DNA of 64,000 bases from Marsupella aquatica (lineage: Eukaryota; Plantae; Marchantiophyta). How positions within the stretch are numbered: the stretch's first letter is position 1; every line of letters begins with the position of its first letter. Shown in pieces: positions 1 through 12,447 of this stretch. Position numbers and translations under genes: made by a program. The notes beneath the pieces were generated by a model that had not been told where the DNA came from, searched no databases, and worked only from the letters and a program-made list of their open reading frames with translations. The stretch spans positions 716,143 to 780,142 of the forward strand of contig OZ316891.1 of NCBI GenBank assembly GCA_973895155.1. Direction: 5' to 3'.

Positions 1-2
1 AA

Positions 3-89
3 GAAGAAGCAAGAGATGAAGGAGGAGAGGCAGAATTTGATGAATATACAAAAGGCTGTTTTGTCCCAGGGACATATCCTGGGACATAA
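3..89 (+). CDS. Probable 3' end of an unknown gene entering from outside the window (..EEARDEGGEAEFDEYTKGCFVPGTYPGT*)
   Basis: Open, purine-rich frame from position 3 to TAA at 87-89, followed by an AT-rich spacer with a poly-A run; convergent with the minus-strand frame ending at 248. Too short to identify. Confidence 0.3.
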   Translation, partial: EEARDEGGEAEFDEYTKGCFVPGTYPGT

Positions 90-247
90 TTAAAATAATT
101 ATCATCATAATAATTTCCGATTAATGTGAGAACAGAGGGAATGGAACTACACCACACACCCACACAGACAAAAAAAAAAAAAAAAAAAAAAATTACAATG
201 CAATACACAAACTACATTTACAAATAAATTCTCATCAGTTGTTTAAA

Positions 248-1287
248 TTACCCTTCGCCTAGGCCTGTTGTTTCATAGTTAAATAGATTACTAATTGAAT
301 TAAATAAAATATCTTTATTTGATTGATAACATATTGGCATATCCATGGGATGTGGGGTAAATTCTTCATTTCCTATACGTGATACAACTTCTCCGACAAA
401 TGTAACCTTTACCATGTTGGAAAAATAATATTGATTTGTTGAAATTTTATGTAATTCAAGGATGATTGATATTGTTTTGAATTTTAATTTATAAAAAATT
501 ACTACTTCAGATAATGCACAATGAGTCGAAGAATATAATATAAATTCTGCCACTAAGTCTGGATTGGATTCTGACACAGAAACAAAACAAAAAGACCACC
601 AAATAAAAACAATGTAAGTGCATAAGTTTGCAATAATTTCTCCCTCTTTCATTCTCTTGTTCTATGCGTTCAACAATTTCTCTTTTTGGGATTTCTTACC
701 ATATTTCTGAAAATAATTTTTTTTAAATGTTTTAATTTATGTAACGCTTTTAATTTTGAAGCTGCCGATCTATCAGATGCATAATCGAATTTTTGTAATG
801 ATAATTCGAATGAAATTAAATTTGGTAAATGTTGTAATGATTCAATTTGACAAACTTGTAAATCAGGTAAAGCATAAGATAGAGAAGTTAATGAGTAAAT
901 TTTTGAGATAAAATCAAACGGATTAAATTTAAATGAATTATGAAGATTTGAATTGGGTAATTTTAATAATTTAATTTGTAATTTTTCAAATTGTTGAAAC
1001 AACGGTTCTGTTAATAGTTTTACCGTATCGGGATGGTTGATATGTATATTATAATAATCATGATCTGATTGGGTAAGAGATTGAGATTGAGCTTGAGCTT
1101 TGGATTGAGATTGAGATTGAGATTGAAATTGAGATTGAGATTGAGATAGGGATTGTGAATGAGATTGAGATTGAAATGGAAGGGAAGATGTAGAAGCAAC
1201 ATTGGCTGGAGATAGAACATGGGAATGAGAATGAGAATGAAGCGATGGACTAGGAGGATATTTATAATGAATGGTATAATATATCTT

Positions 1288-1328
<41 letters not shown>

Positions 1329-1410
1329 CAGTAGCAGAATGATTGGATAATTCAGATATAGGAAGTGAAGAATGAGTAGAAGAATGAGTAGGGAAAGATT
1401 TGCTGGACGA
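248..1410 (-). CDS. 5'-truncated AT-rich gene: low-complexity region (N12, SH and SQ repeats) followed by a leucine-rich-repeat-like segment; probably two exons
   Basis: Manual translation shows one stop-free frame from 1410 to 670 (SSSKSFPTHSS..ATD-N12-EKIYY..SQSQFQSQSQ..PDTVKLLTEPLFQQFEKL..LQHLPNLISFELSL..LHKLKHLKKIIF); the ORF track starts it only at TTG 1002. There is a GTAAGA donor at 699, a pyrimidine-rich TCAG acceptor at 571 and a second long frame to 248, but I could not reconcile the splice phase. Confidence 0.55.
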
Positions 1411-4400
1411 CTATGACATCTCAAAGACCCAGTGAAACACGAAGAATTCGCACAGGGTTCAAGACTGGAATCAAGTAAAATTTACAAAAGCTTGCTACCA
1501 TTGTGCCAGTAAGGCGAAGTAAGGTCACGTCAGTGTGAGCATCAGCGGGCAGGATGATAGTTTTGGAAGAGTCTACTACCTCCTCACCTTCGAAGCTGTC
1601 CTTCACAGTAGTTTTCTGGGGACGTATACTAGTAGTTGTTGATCTGGAGGCATTCCGGGGGGGACCTACAGGATGCCTAGGTCCCAGCTTGGATCGCGAT
1701 TGTGTTGGTTCTAACCTTCTCACATCTAGCTGGAATGCTCGCAAAATCCGTGACGACGTCAAGATCAGGAAAGCAACGCACCTGATGGTCCTTTCCGTTG
1801 GCTCCGTCGACATCGACGATTTGGCAGGCCCGTTTCAAAACTTTCTACACCAGCAGTCTCAGATCCAGAAGTCTCACAGCGAACAAGAAGTACCAGCCAA
1901 GCCAGTTAGCTCATCTGGGCACAACTCGATCTAGTGGAGACACGAACATTGCACGCACCTCAAAACGCGCGCTTCACATCTGGACATCAAGCAATTGTAA
2001 AGTTTAAAGCACGGTCCAGATAACCCTGCCAACTTTGGTGATAGAGAACAGAGACATAGGGTTCAGCGGTGACAGAATGCCTAGAAAATTTGTGAGTACA
2101 GGACTGCAAAAAGCGAAGAACCGGGAAACTCCACGTACCCAAACATACCACCTATAGACATGTGCACCCATCTGGTGATACGACGAGAATGTACGCAAAA
2201 CAAAACGAGAAGTCCAGATGAGTGAAGTGAGCCACCAAACCGGCTCTTGTGTACGGCCGGCCGAGATTTGAGATTGGCAGGTTCTGTGCTGGATCATGGA
2301 ATAGCCTCCCTTCAGAGGTTTGCAGACGAGCAGCCGATGAGGAAGAACATGGAAAGAGAGTGTTTCAGGCGAGGCGTTGACCCCAGCGGCGATGAGCACA
2401 GGTTCGTAGGACTTGAGTGAGGAGGACCTCCAAAACCTGACGGTCTTCAGATAGCATTTGTTCTGGTCAAAAAGAGATGATAGTTGTATGACTAGCGGCC
2501 CGGCCGTTTGAGAAGAATTCCACGTCCTGCACTGCAAACACAAACAGCGGTTTCCATGTGCGACTCTGGAGTTTTCTAAGAAAGAGATTAACAATTTCAA
2601 ACTATAGGAGGAGTACGAGTAAGCCCAAAGTGCCGCACCTGATACTTGCTCGAGTCAGCTCGGTGGAGATTGAAGGTCAATTAATCTGGTCCAAACTCTC
2701 CATATCAGCAAGTCCATTTGAAAAGCTATCGAGCAGTGGTTGAGTGGCAGAGACTCCAATCTCGTCCGTCACATAATCTGGAGGTCGCTCTAACGGAGGC
2801 CACCAGCCCACCGCACCCGAACACAGGTGGAAGTCTAAAGTAGCAATTGTCGATCTTGAGACTACATCCGAACCTCTATGATGCACCAAGAGCCAGTTTT
2901 GCGAAAGAAGTCTGTCTCCGATGTGCTAGATACGTGAAAGGGAACTTCCGCGTCGAATAGCTTGGAAGTCGTCTCTCCCACTCTTGGGTACACGTTTTCA
3001 CGTGACAGATCCTTCTCAAAAAATATCAGATGATGGGACCCAGGTTGCCTGCTGGCATATATTCTTTTTCCTTGCTGGCATATATTCTTTTTCCTTGGGA
3101 AAAAGTCCTAACGACTGTTGTACATTCGAAGCATGAACAAAAATTAACCCCTTAGAGCACCGTTCTCCAAGATTCCAACGACGCCAATGCATGCTGCCAT
3201 GGCCCAGTGAAACCCAGCGGGCGGAGTATCGCTCACGAGTTTTCTTTAGGCGACTTTGAGTGGTTCTCACGCTGTGATTGAGGAAGACTTGATGGGCCAA
3301 ATCAATAACCTGACTGGATGGGCCCAAACTTTATTGAGGCATGAGACCTTGTGGACGGACGGTGCTACCAGTGGTGGGCACTGTGTGGTTCCTGACATGT
3401 ACCATCCTCGTAACGAGACAACCAGCTGACCAGGGGATCAACCTAGAACCGAGAGGTCAGTCCAACAATAGGTTCCAAAAAAAAAGACTAAAATAAATAT
3501 AACTGCCGTACTCCTCTCGACATCACGACATCGAAAGCGCATGCAAGAGCATCTGAAGGGTAGGATTGAACCCCTATGCCAGGAGTTTCTTCCACATCCC
3601 ACGATGGAGATGGTGTCTTTGCTCTCGTAATCAAGAATGGCAGGAAGAGTTGTATTTATGTACCCTCGGGTTCCAATTGAGTGTCGTACCGCGACACCAA
3701 ATCGATGAGTTGTTTACATGCTATTCCGGTGGTCTCCTGGCGATGAAGAAGACCCGTACTACTGTCGTCATCATCTCTTTGACAATGAGCCCGATAATCA
3801 TGTGTACCAAATATAACAGCTTCCCATTGAGGTTATAAAGAAAGAATGCGTGCTAACGATGCCTTTCTATGGGCCCGCCGGCAAGCAGGAGATCCTTGTT
3901 GGGAGTATGGTTCGTGGACCAAGAATACCCTCGCGCTTAAAGTCGAGTTAAAATCCCACATCACTTAGAGCCACTCTGGCTGTTGGTTGAATTTTACTGC
4001 TTTGCTCAAACAACATCATTCTTTTTCAAAGATGGAATTCTAAATTCATCGATTCAGGGGCAGATTGTTTCCGAGTCCGTTCGTTCTCGAACCTTGTGGT
4101 TGTACATCTGGCTACTTTCCATTGACATGGAATCTGGGCTTCATTTCACAAAATGTTTTGGATCCCGGAGAGTCATTACATTGGAACAGTAGTCAATTAG
4201 ACGAGTTTCGACAATTTCTGAGTGATACAGATGATCGATGTGCTGAATTTCTTGATCCTGTATATGTGATCTCTTCTATTGCGTGTGACATGTTTAAAAC
4301 GTAGCTTCCAGTAATTGAATTTGCGCTCTGCTGATAACGACGGCACCTGACAAAATTGGACATTTAATGAAACCGTTGTGCAGAAGCCGGGAGGGGTCAT

Positions 4401-5539
4401 CCAACTCGAATCCCAATTCGCCCATTTTATGCGCTATATATTGGGCGGTGGCTACAGCTTTCGGTTGTGTCGGAAGTTCAAGACGCAGAAGTGATGGGCA
4501 GGCTGCAGGCAGGCAATACAGTAGCAGAGCTCGTAGCAGAGGGGACCAATCCGGAGCTGGAGTTGGAATGGTTTCCGGCAGTCTACGCAGAATTAAGAAG
4601 TGAACGATTGAATTCGGTGATTTCAGAAGTGTCCCCAACCGGACAAGGGACAGGACGTACTGCAAAGCTAGAAAGGTTGCTAAAATGAAGACAAATCAAC
4701 AAAATTGACCTTTGATCAACCTTGATCAGTACCTACATGAGTTTCTCTTTCATCACATCAGTCGACGTCATACTTTACTACTGAGATGCAATGCAATCCG
4801 ACATTGAAGAGGCCTTTCAGCTCCTCACTTTGAGAAGCATTTCCAGCTGTTCACCAAATCTGTGTTTGCAGGTCAAAATCTTACTACTTCGGATTCTGTT
4901 TGAATCAATGCTTCAACGGCACGTAAAATAACAATTCTGCTATTTACATCCCAAGCTCTTATCAATATTGCTGCGGTCCCACTCTCCTCTCCTCTCCTCT
5001 TCTCGGCTGCCGAAATTATCAACAAGACTCTTCGCGTTCTCCATTGGCTGGGTATCTGCTATAACATCGTAGACAAAACCGGATCATTTCCTACAGATGC
5101 AAATCCAACAATTAGAAGTTGTCTGTCTCCCTTTACAGTAGGTACCCATGTCTCAAAGGCAAGGACGTCTTGAACCCATGTTCTTAGGACTACAGAGTGA
5201 GATTATTATTTCACTTACATTTCATTCCATTCTTCTATGAACCTTGAACAATCAGTGTTGACCTTTGGAATCGTATAGCAATGATTTCTTTCGGTTTCGA
5301 GAAGATTTGCTTGATTCGTCGTGCACGGTGCCCATTTCGCCATTGTATCTCGAGCAACACAAGTAATCTGAACGTGAACAAATAATATAAATTTCAATCA
5401 TTAAAATTGTTGACCTTCACTTTAACCACCACTGGCCCTGTACACTTTTACACTCCCCATCTCTACTATGCTATCTTACTCCCACAATTTCAGGAAAATA
5501 CCCAATAATGGTGAATCCCCAGGTTGTATTTGGGTCTTC

Positions 5540-5740
5540 TGATGGATAGTGGCGAGTTAAGTGCCACTAGCCAAGACAAAAATGTGGTTACACAGATTTC
5601 ACCATTATTAGTACTTTTTTTCAAAATTGTGGAGTAAAGTTGATGGATAGTGGAGAGTTAAGCGCCACTAGCCAAGACAAAAATGTGGTTACACAGATTT
5701 CACCATTATTAGTATTTTTTTCAAAATTGTGGAGTAAAGT
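5540..5740. repeat. Tandem duplication, ~101 bp x2
   Basis: GATGGATAGTGG..CCACTAGCCAAGACAAAAATGTGGTTACACAGATTTCACCATTATTAGTA..GGAGTAAAGT occurs twice head to tail. Confidence 0.9.
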
Positions 5741-7681
5741 CTCACGGTAGAAGAAAGTGATGTGAAAAAGTGAGAAATTTTGAACATTCCTTTTATATGG
5801 CCAGTGGTGGTTTAAGTCAAAGCACCCCAAAAGAGTAGTTCTCCTTGACACCCCTAACTAGATTTCTTGGTGAATTGGGAATTTCTTGGCTACACTGATT
5901 CTGGTGTTATCGTGCTAAGTCTGCCTAGAACAGCAGAAATTGCCACGATTGCAAATAGACTGTTGATTTTGTTCTCATGTTGTCCACTTGACTTCAGTTT
6001 GAGAGTATTTCAATAAAATGGAAATCTGACTTGTCGGGAACTTACAAAACAACCCATTGCTTAACTTCTAGGCTCTTTACAGAGAACAAATAAGAGCTAT
6101 CCCACTCGTCATGTGATTCACTACTACTTGCTAATTGTGTAAGTAGCATGTTGAATGGTGGACCGGCTCATTGGTGGCCAAATGCGTCAGCATATGCACA
6201 AGGTGCTGCTATAGTCTTTCTATGGTCTTCTGTCATTTCAGTTTGTGCCTCTCCCATCCAGGTGTCTAACAATGGGTCCCCTCTGGTAATAACACATTTT
6301 AATCACACATCAAAATGTGTTATTATACTGTGTGTACTCATTGATTTAAAGAAAACAATAATATTTCTCATGGTATGGAGGGGTGTCATACACCCACTGT
6401 ATATATCATATTTTGATGTGCAATTACCCAGACCCCAAAGGGTCCATTTTTGCCATCCACAATGTTTGGAGGAGGGTGGGTGGGGAACCTCAACCCAGGT
6501 CCAAACTCACCCGTTTTGGCATATGGGAGGCAAGTTTTTGGCTGGGCGGCTTCATGAGTATATCCTGCTGCCTGCTCTAACCGGTTGCCCCTGGCCATAG
6601 AGGCATAAAATTTATGGGGTGATTGTAACGTGCGAGCAAACAATTAAAAATTTAGTGCCATGCCTAAAAAAACAGCCTCTTTCATATCGAGCAAAGTTAG
6701 TTCCTAGCCAGCCAAAACCTGGTTCATATGATCTAGTTTTGGTGATTTTTTGCATATGTATATATTTTTAGTGCTAGCCAAAATTAGTCAAAAAAATGCA
6801 CTAAAAATATATACATATGCAAAAATCAAATGAAATTAAAAATCATTAATGACTCACTAACAATACTCACCTCACTATCAAAATTGCTGTTTGCTTGCAT
6901 CATACAATACCTCAAAGAAGGAGGCAGTCGCCATATGCAGCAGAGCCACTCAATCCAGGACTATCCAAGCACATACTAATTCAGTGAATTTAGTACCATA
7001 GAGGTAAATTGTTTGCAAATTTCAATTGCAAAAAGTTAAATTTTGTTACTTCCATAATTCATTAATTATATCCTTAACCAGAAATTTTCTCAGTCTATTT
7101 TTTAAGGTATTTTGATTTTAATTGAGAAAATTTTCTCAGTCTAAACAAAATAACAATTCCCAACAAAGAAGTTTTGAGACCAGAACATGTGTTCAGAGGT
7201 AATTTGAACCATGCCCGCAATGAGAACACAGTTTCTTGGGCACTTTGCCTCATATAAAGTTTTGCAGGCTGTCGTGCGAGCTGTCGTGTCTAGAATTTCA
7301 ATTACCTTCCATTTTCCAGAAACGGACCAGATGTTTTTTGATACCATTTTAATTTGGAATGTCACACTTTTGAGCTGGGCATCAATTGTTTTTCGATTGA
7401 ATTGTTTTTTTACAAGAACCTAATTACCAATACGCACGATGGTCAATGGTTGTATCACAGTTGTCCGATATTTGGCTCGGGCTGTATGATGATGGCTTCT
7501 TTAGATATTATTATTAATGACTAAAATAAAATTAAAAAATGCTCTCAGTCAGTGTTTATATATAGATACTTAGAATATTCCTGAATGTGCATAGAAATTG
7601 TATTCTAGGTTTCACAAATCTCTCTATCAGTATCACTGGGAGCTATCTCTAACACTGGGAACTTGTTGGACGAATTAACCT

Positions 7682-8506
7682 GGAAAATTTTCAACAGCTT
7701 TTTACTAACCTGTCCCCCAAACTGAGCTAAATTATTAACATACCCCCAAAATTATTTTAATTGCTAGGTTGCTGCCCCCCCCCCCCCCCCCCCCACCCGC
7801 CCCACCCCATATTGTATACACGGGTTACATTAATAGTTTTAGTTAACCCAGGGTGATTTTTCATTGATGGACTAACACGTGGCAAGGCACTATTGGCTCC
7901 GCCTTACCCTGGCAGAGTTTACCCTTACTGGGCTAGCTCTTTCCCATTTTTTTAATGAGCCTTGCACCAAACAGGGCTGGCCCGTCCCCCTCTCGAGTTT
8001 TAAATCCTGATAGCTCGAAACAAGCGGTAGGCCCAAATGTGGGTTTGTTTACACATGGAAACTATGTATACTCTCGGGGCCTCTTTCCTTCGGAAAAGTG
8101 GGAGTAAGGTGGATCCTCAGGACCCTATGGAGTGTGGGACCCCATTTTTGAAGGGAAATTGTAGCACCCAGCCAGGCAGCCAGGTCGTCAGGGTTGGGAT
8201 CCCGGTTGGGATTGAAACTTGCCAGGGGGGAGGGGCCAGCCCTGTTTGGTGCAAGGCTTGTTCAAAAAATGGGAAAGAGCTAGTCGGGTGAGGTAAGCTC
8301 GGTCAGGGTAAGGCAGAGCCAATAGTGCCTTGCCACGTGTTAGTTCACCAATGAGAAATCACCCTCGGTTAACTAAAACTGTTAATGTAATCCATGTATA
8401 CAATATGGGGGTAACCTGGCAATTAAAATAATTTTGGGGGTAGGTTAGTAATTTAGCTTAGTTTGAGGTAGTTTGAGGAGCAGGGTAGTAAAAAGCTCAA
8501 ATTTCC
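7682..8506. mobile_element. Non-autonomous foldback element (Mutator-like MITE) with ~300-330 bp terminal inverted repeats
   Basis: 7682-~8007 is the diverged reverse complement of ~8207-8506 (e.g. CTAACACGTGGCAAGGCACTATTGGCTC / GAGCCAATAGTGCCTTGCCACGTGTTAG); GG..CC termini; no TSD recognisable. Confidence 0.75.
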
Positions 8507-9042
8507 AATGTAGTCCTTGGCTTGTTGGGCCTCCTTGTCCCTCCTTTGCCCACCTTTATTGGGTCGCTTTGCCGGTGGTACCCTGTTTCCCGGTTCGGCC
8601 TTTTTGGCACTGTGACATATATGGTAGTCTATCTTTTCAGCCTTCTGGGTTGCGCTTTGCTCCCTTCTGAACTTTTATTATTAGTGTAAACGATAAGAGT
8701 GAGGAGACCTCTCGCGAAGACCTCGTTCAAGGCGAAATCCATCATCTCCTCCATCACTGCGACGCCCCTGCGTGCTGTACTGTACTCATTTCTACCGTGG
8801 CCTCATCAGAACTGATGGCAGCAGCAGACTGAACGATTAGCACACCAGCTGGTACTTCCGCTCTACTGTGTTGTAGCACAGGGGAGTGAGTGTTGCTGAG
8901 GTCGATCCAGAAGGAAACAGGGGAGCATTAGAGAGAATTCGAGGTGGTCACCTTGGCTAAGCAGTCAGTCAGTCAATCAGGAAGGCAGACAGGAAAGTTA
9001 GGCAAGCATGGAATACTATAAGGATTTGCTGACTCCGTGGGA

Positions 9043-10211
9043 ATGGATATGCACACGGCCGTGCTGCTGGTGGCAGGATCGTCCACCCTGCTTTGTTTGC
9101 ACTTCACATCCAAATTGCTGACGCGGCATCTATACTTCTGGAAGAATCCGGAGCAGCAGCGGCTCATATGCATCATCATCATGATGGCTCCTCTATATGC
9201 TCTCACCTCCTTTGTAGGTCTTGTGGAGATCAAGGGGAGTGAAGCGTTCTTCAACGTCTTGGAGTCCATCAAGGAGTGCTATGAGGCCTTGGTTAGTTCT
9301 CCCTCCCTCAGTTGCGTTCTTGTGGATTACGTACCATCTGCCGCTTTGCACTTTACGTCCCCTTTTGATCGGGGAACTTTGAAGGGTATCCAATTCGGTT
9401 CAATTCATTTCTCGTTTGCTTTTTCTGGTCCTTTAATGAGCTCTGAAATCGAATGAGCAGCACGAATTTTTAACAGGGCGAGGAATTTTATTACATAAGG
9501 GATTTCTCCAGAACTCAGAAGGGTCCCTTTTCAAATTCGTCTCTGCTACTTGAGTGATTTTTCAACGAATCATATACCCAATGTAATCGTGGAATTTCGA
9601 TTGAATTCGATTCCCCTTTCGTCTTCGTCCGATATTGTTTTGCAATTGGACGGCCACTAGCATAAGTACTCACCTAAGCAAGAAAACTGCACCAAACCAG
9701 AAGGCTTAGTTTGTTAAATTTGTCTCTGCTACGGTAGAGATACTCACCTAAGCAAGAAATTGCAACAAAACAGAACGCTTAGTTTGTAAAATTCTGCTCT
9801 TAGTTTGGAAAATTCTGGAAAATTTTGCTCAGGAAACTAGAAGTTAACTTTTGAACTATTGCTCTGCTACTCTAGTGATTATGAAGTAAATAAGGAAAGT
9901 CTTAGGAAGGTAAAGTGCAATTTCTTTAATTCTCCTCCGCTGGTTCGGTGATTCGACCATGCATAAAATATTTCCATTTGTTCAGCTCTTGGTCATATTA
10001 GGTACTGTAGGTGATCCTTTCTGCAGGTTGGATGTGGTCACTACATTTACAGGTCCAGCTTGACTCTTTGCTTTGATGGACTATTCAGGTTATTGCCTCA
10101 TTCCTAAATTTGCTGTACAGCTATATGAATGTATCACCAACTACCAATTTTGTGCCTGATGAAATAAAAGAACGCGTGATTCACCACAGCTTTCCCATCA
10201 CCCTCTTTCAA
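9043..10211 (+). pseudogene. TMEM184/DUF300 (organic solute transporter alpha-like) gene, exons 1-2 only: join(9043..9291,10089..10211); downstream exons not found
   Basis: MDMHTAVLLVAG..RHLYFWKNPEQQRLICIIIMMAPLYALTSFVGL..LESIKECYEAL|VIASFLNLLYSYM..VPDEIKERVIHHSFPITLFQ matches the plant TMEM184-like N-terminus. Canonical phase-0 GT..AG junctions, with a GTAAGT donor at 10212. The expected WTWQFV..KFLCIKG exons were not seen by eye before the next gene. Confidence 0.75.
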
Positions 10212-10340
10212 GTAAGTCGGCATGTCTATCGTCAATCCCAGGTTATGTCTAAGCATTATTGTTTCAACAGATTCTTAATATGCTATCTGAAGGTGACCCA
10301 GACTTAGTGGATCCCAGTCCTGTAGCATCCCAGCCAACCC

Positions 10341-11270
10341 CAATATTGTAATGCACCCATCTTTGTAGCAAATCTATGTAGTAGTACCTTTTCTTTGCAA
10401 CGATATTCTTTAGCTTGCCAAACGCTTTTAAGTGCTACCTACCACATATGAATTTTCTTGGCTACAGGTGGTCTGGAAGTTGTTTTGGGTCCGCATGGCA
10501 AAAATAATATTTTCTTTTTGTATGCAATGGTTGGTCTTATCCAAAAGAATTCTTACTTTCTTCAACCATAGTTATTCGAATGTTAAAATTCGCCAATGAA
10601 AAAACACATGTCTTGGCAGAAAAGAAAGCTGCCACTCTTGAATTCGCCATGTAAGAACATGAAAACTACTATGTAAAACTAGGTCGGGGACCAAAGCTTC
10701 TTGGTCATAAAGGTTACACTGTTTACATGCAGCACTTTGGGACAAACGCCAGCTTTATTTGGCAATCTTGTTCTAGCAGCTTTATTTGGCAATCTTGTTC
10801 TACCAGCTTTACTTGGCAATCTTGTTCTACCAGCTTTATTTGGCAATCTTGTTCAACCTTAATTATTCGGATGTTAAATTTCACCAATATAAAAACACCT
10901 GTATTGGCAGAAAAGAAAGCTGCTTCTCTTGATTCTTCCATGTAAGCAAATGAAAACTATGATATGTAAAACTAGGTCCGGCACCAAAGCATTTTGGTAA
11001 GAAAGGTTGCACTGTTTCCATACAGCGCTTTGGCCCAAACCGTCTTGCTTTATTTGGCAATCTTCTTGTATCAGCTTCTGTCAATCTCAGAATTTAGCGA
11101 CTTTGGATCCACTGGAAGCCACAAAAAGCGTTGTATCCTTAATTTTATACTCATAACAACATGAAAAGTCAACACAGAGCCACTTGGTTTTCCTCACCAA
11201 GCCAGAAAAAGAAATCCATTCAGACACCAAACCTCGAGTCTCTGGGTGTGAGTTGGGTGGACATCCATCT
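10341..11270. repeat. Block homologous in inverted orientation to 52060-52655, with an internal ~200-bp duplication and a 27-bp x4 minisatellite (10751-10855)
   Basis: Near-identical spurious ORFs at 10881..11084(-) and 52249..52452(+); nucleotide similarity can be followed from CAATATTGTA (10341) to CTCTGGGTGTG (~11250); AGCTTTATTTGGCAATCTTGTTCT repeats four times. Confidence 0.85.
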
Positions 11271-11449
11271 TCCCCGTTAGTTTAAGTTGGCTCTGGGAAT
11301 TTCCAAAGATTGACCTGTGCACAGGGTCCTCCTTTCACCTATCTTTGTGTAAATGTGATAACCTGGCTGAACTTGACTCACAAAGTTATCAGTCAATGCA
11401 TCTTTCAAATTGACAACATTAGACTTTGTTCTTCTCCTTACAAAATCCT

Positions 11450-12447
11450 GAGATATATGCTTGATGGGCCCCCTGGTGAACCTTTCTTACCTGATGGGCC
11501 CCTAGGTAACTTTTTTTACCAAGTAGGACCCCTCTTAATGACCAATACACCTATTCTTGTATGGTGCCTACACATGTCCTTGTGTGGTGCCTACATAATA
11601 TGGTGACTCCAAGCAAACTGCACAGTTGAACCGTGCGGTTGACTTTACATGGTCGACCGAGAAACCACAAAGATTATTCGGGAGAAATCGCGAAAAGCGA
11701 CTGCCGCTATCGAAACTACGATTTGAAGACAATATGCATTATGTCTTCGGATTCACTGGGTTAATGTCTGAAGACACAATGGATTATGTCTTCGAGTTCA
11801 AATTTTTACCGTATCGTGGGGTAGTTATTAGGTATGTTTTTCACGTTGCGCACATGTGTTTTTCATGATGTTTTCATGCACGACTGTCAACGTCAGTGTG
11901 GGGTACCTCCAAATGTCCACAAAGAATATTCAAGTTCAATGTTCAGAATTTGCCTACTGCCGCCACAACAAAAATTGGCAAATGATTGACAATTGCGCTC
12001 AAAAAATGATAATACTCCCTGTGCAATGCATACAAACAATTTCAAAAGAAGACAAACCCAAAGGTGTCGGGGTACACCCTAAACCCTAAACCTTGAAACA
12101 CGGGAAGACATAATCCATTGAGTCTTCAGGCATTAACCCATTGAATCTGAAGACATAATGCATATTGTCTTCAAATCATAGTTTCGACAGCGGCAATCGC
12201 TTTTTGTGGTTTCTCCCGAATCATCTTCGTGGTTTCTCAGTCGACCATGCAAGGTTGACCGCACGGTTCAACTGTGCAGTTTGCTTGGAGTCACCATACA
12301 TAGTAGGCACCACACAAGGACAGGTGTAGGCACCACACAAGAACAGGTGTACTGGTCATTAAGAGGGGTCCTACTTGGTAAAAAAAGTTACCTAGGGGCC
12401 CATCAGGTAAGAAAGGTTCACCAGGGGGCCCATCAAGCATATATCTC
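11450..12447. mobile_element. Non-autonomous Mutator-like (MULE) foldback element, ~340-bp TIRs, 10-bp TSD
   Basis: Starts GAGATATATGCTTGATGGGCCCCC and ends GGGGGCCCATCAAGCATATATCTC; arms 11450-~11793 and ~12103-12447; perfect TSD ACAAAATCCT at 11440-11449 and 12448-12457. Confidence 0.9.

Noticed and set aside
1020-1424. 134-aa ORF with poly-Ile and (NL)n
   Set aside because: Alternative-frame reading of the AAT and TCTCAA repeats; the poly-Asn/SQ frame is continuous with the downstream LRR-like region and is more plausible.
10751-10855. 27-bp repeats resembling a CRISPR array (also 27546-27610, 36540-36945, 47176-47345)
   Set aside because: Head-to-tail units without unique spacers, no cas genes, eukaryotic context; the 36.5-36.9 kb set lies in the copia 5' leader.
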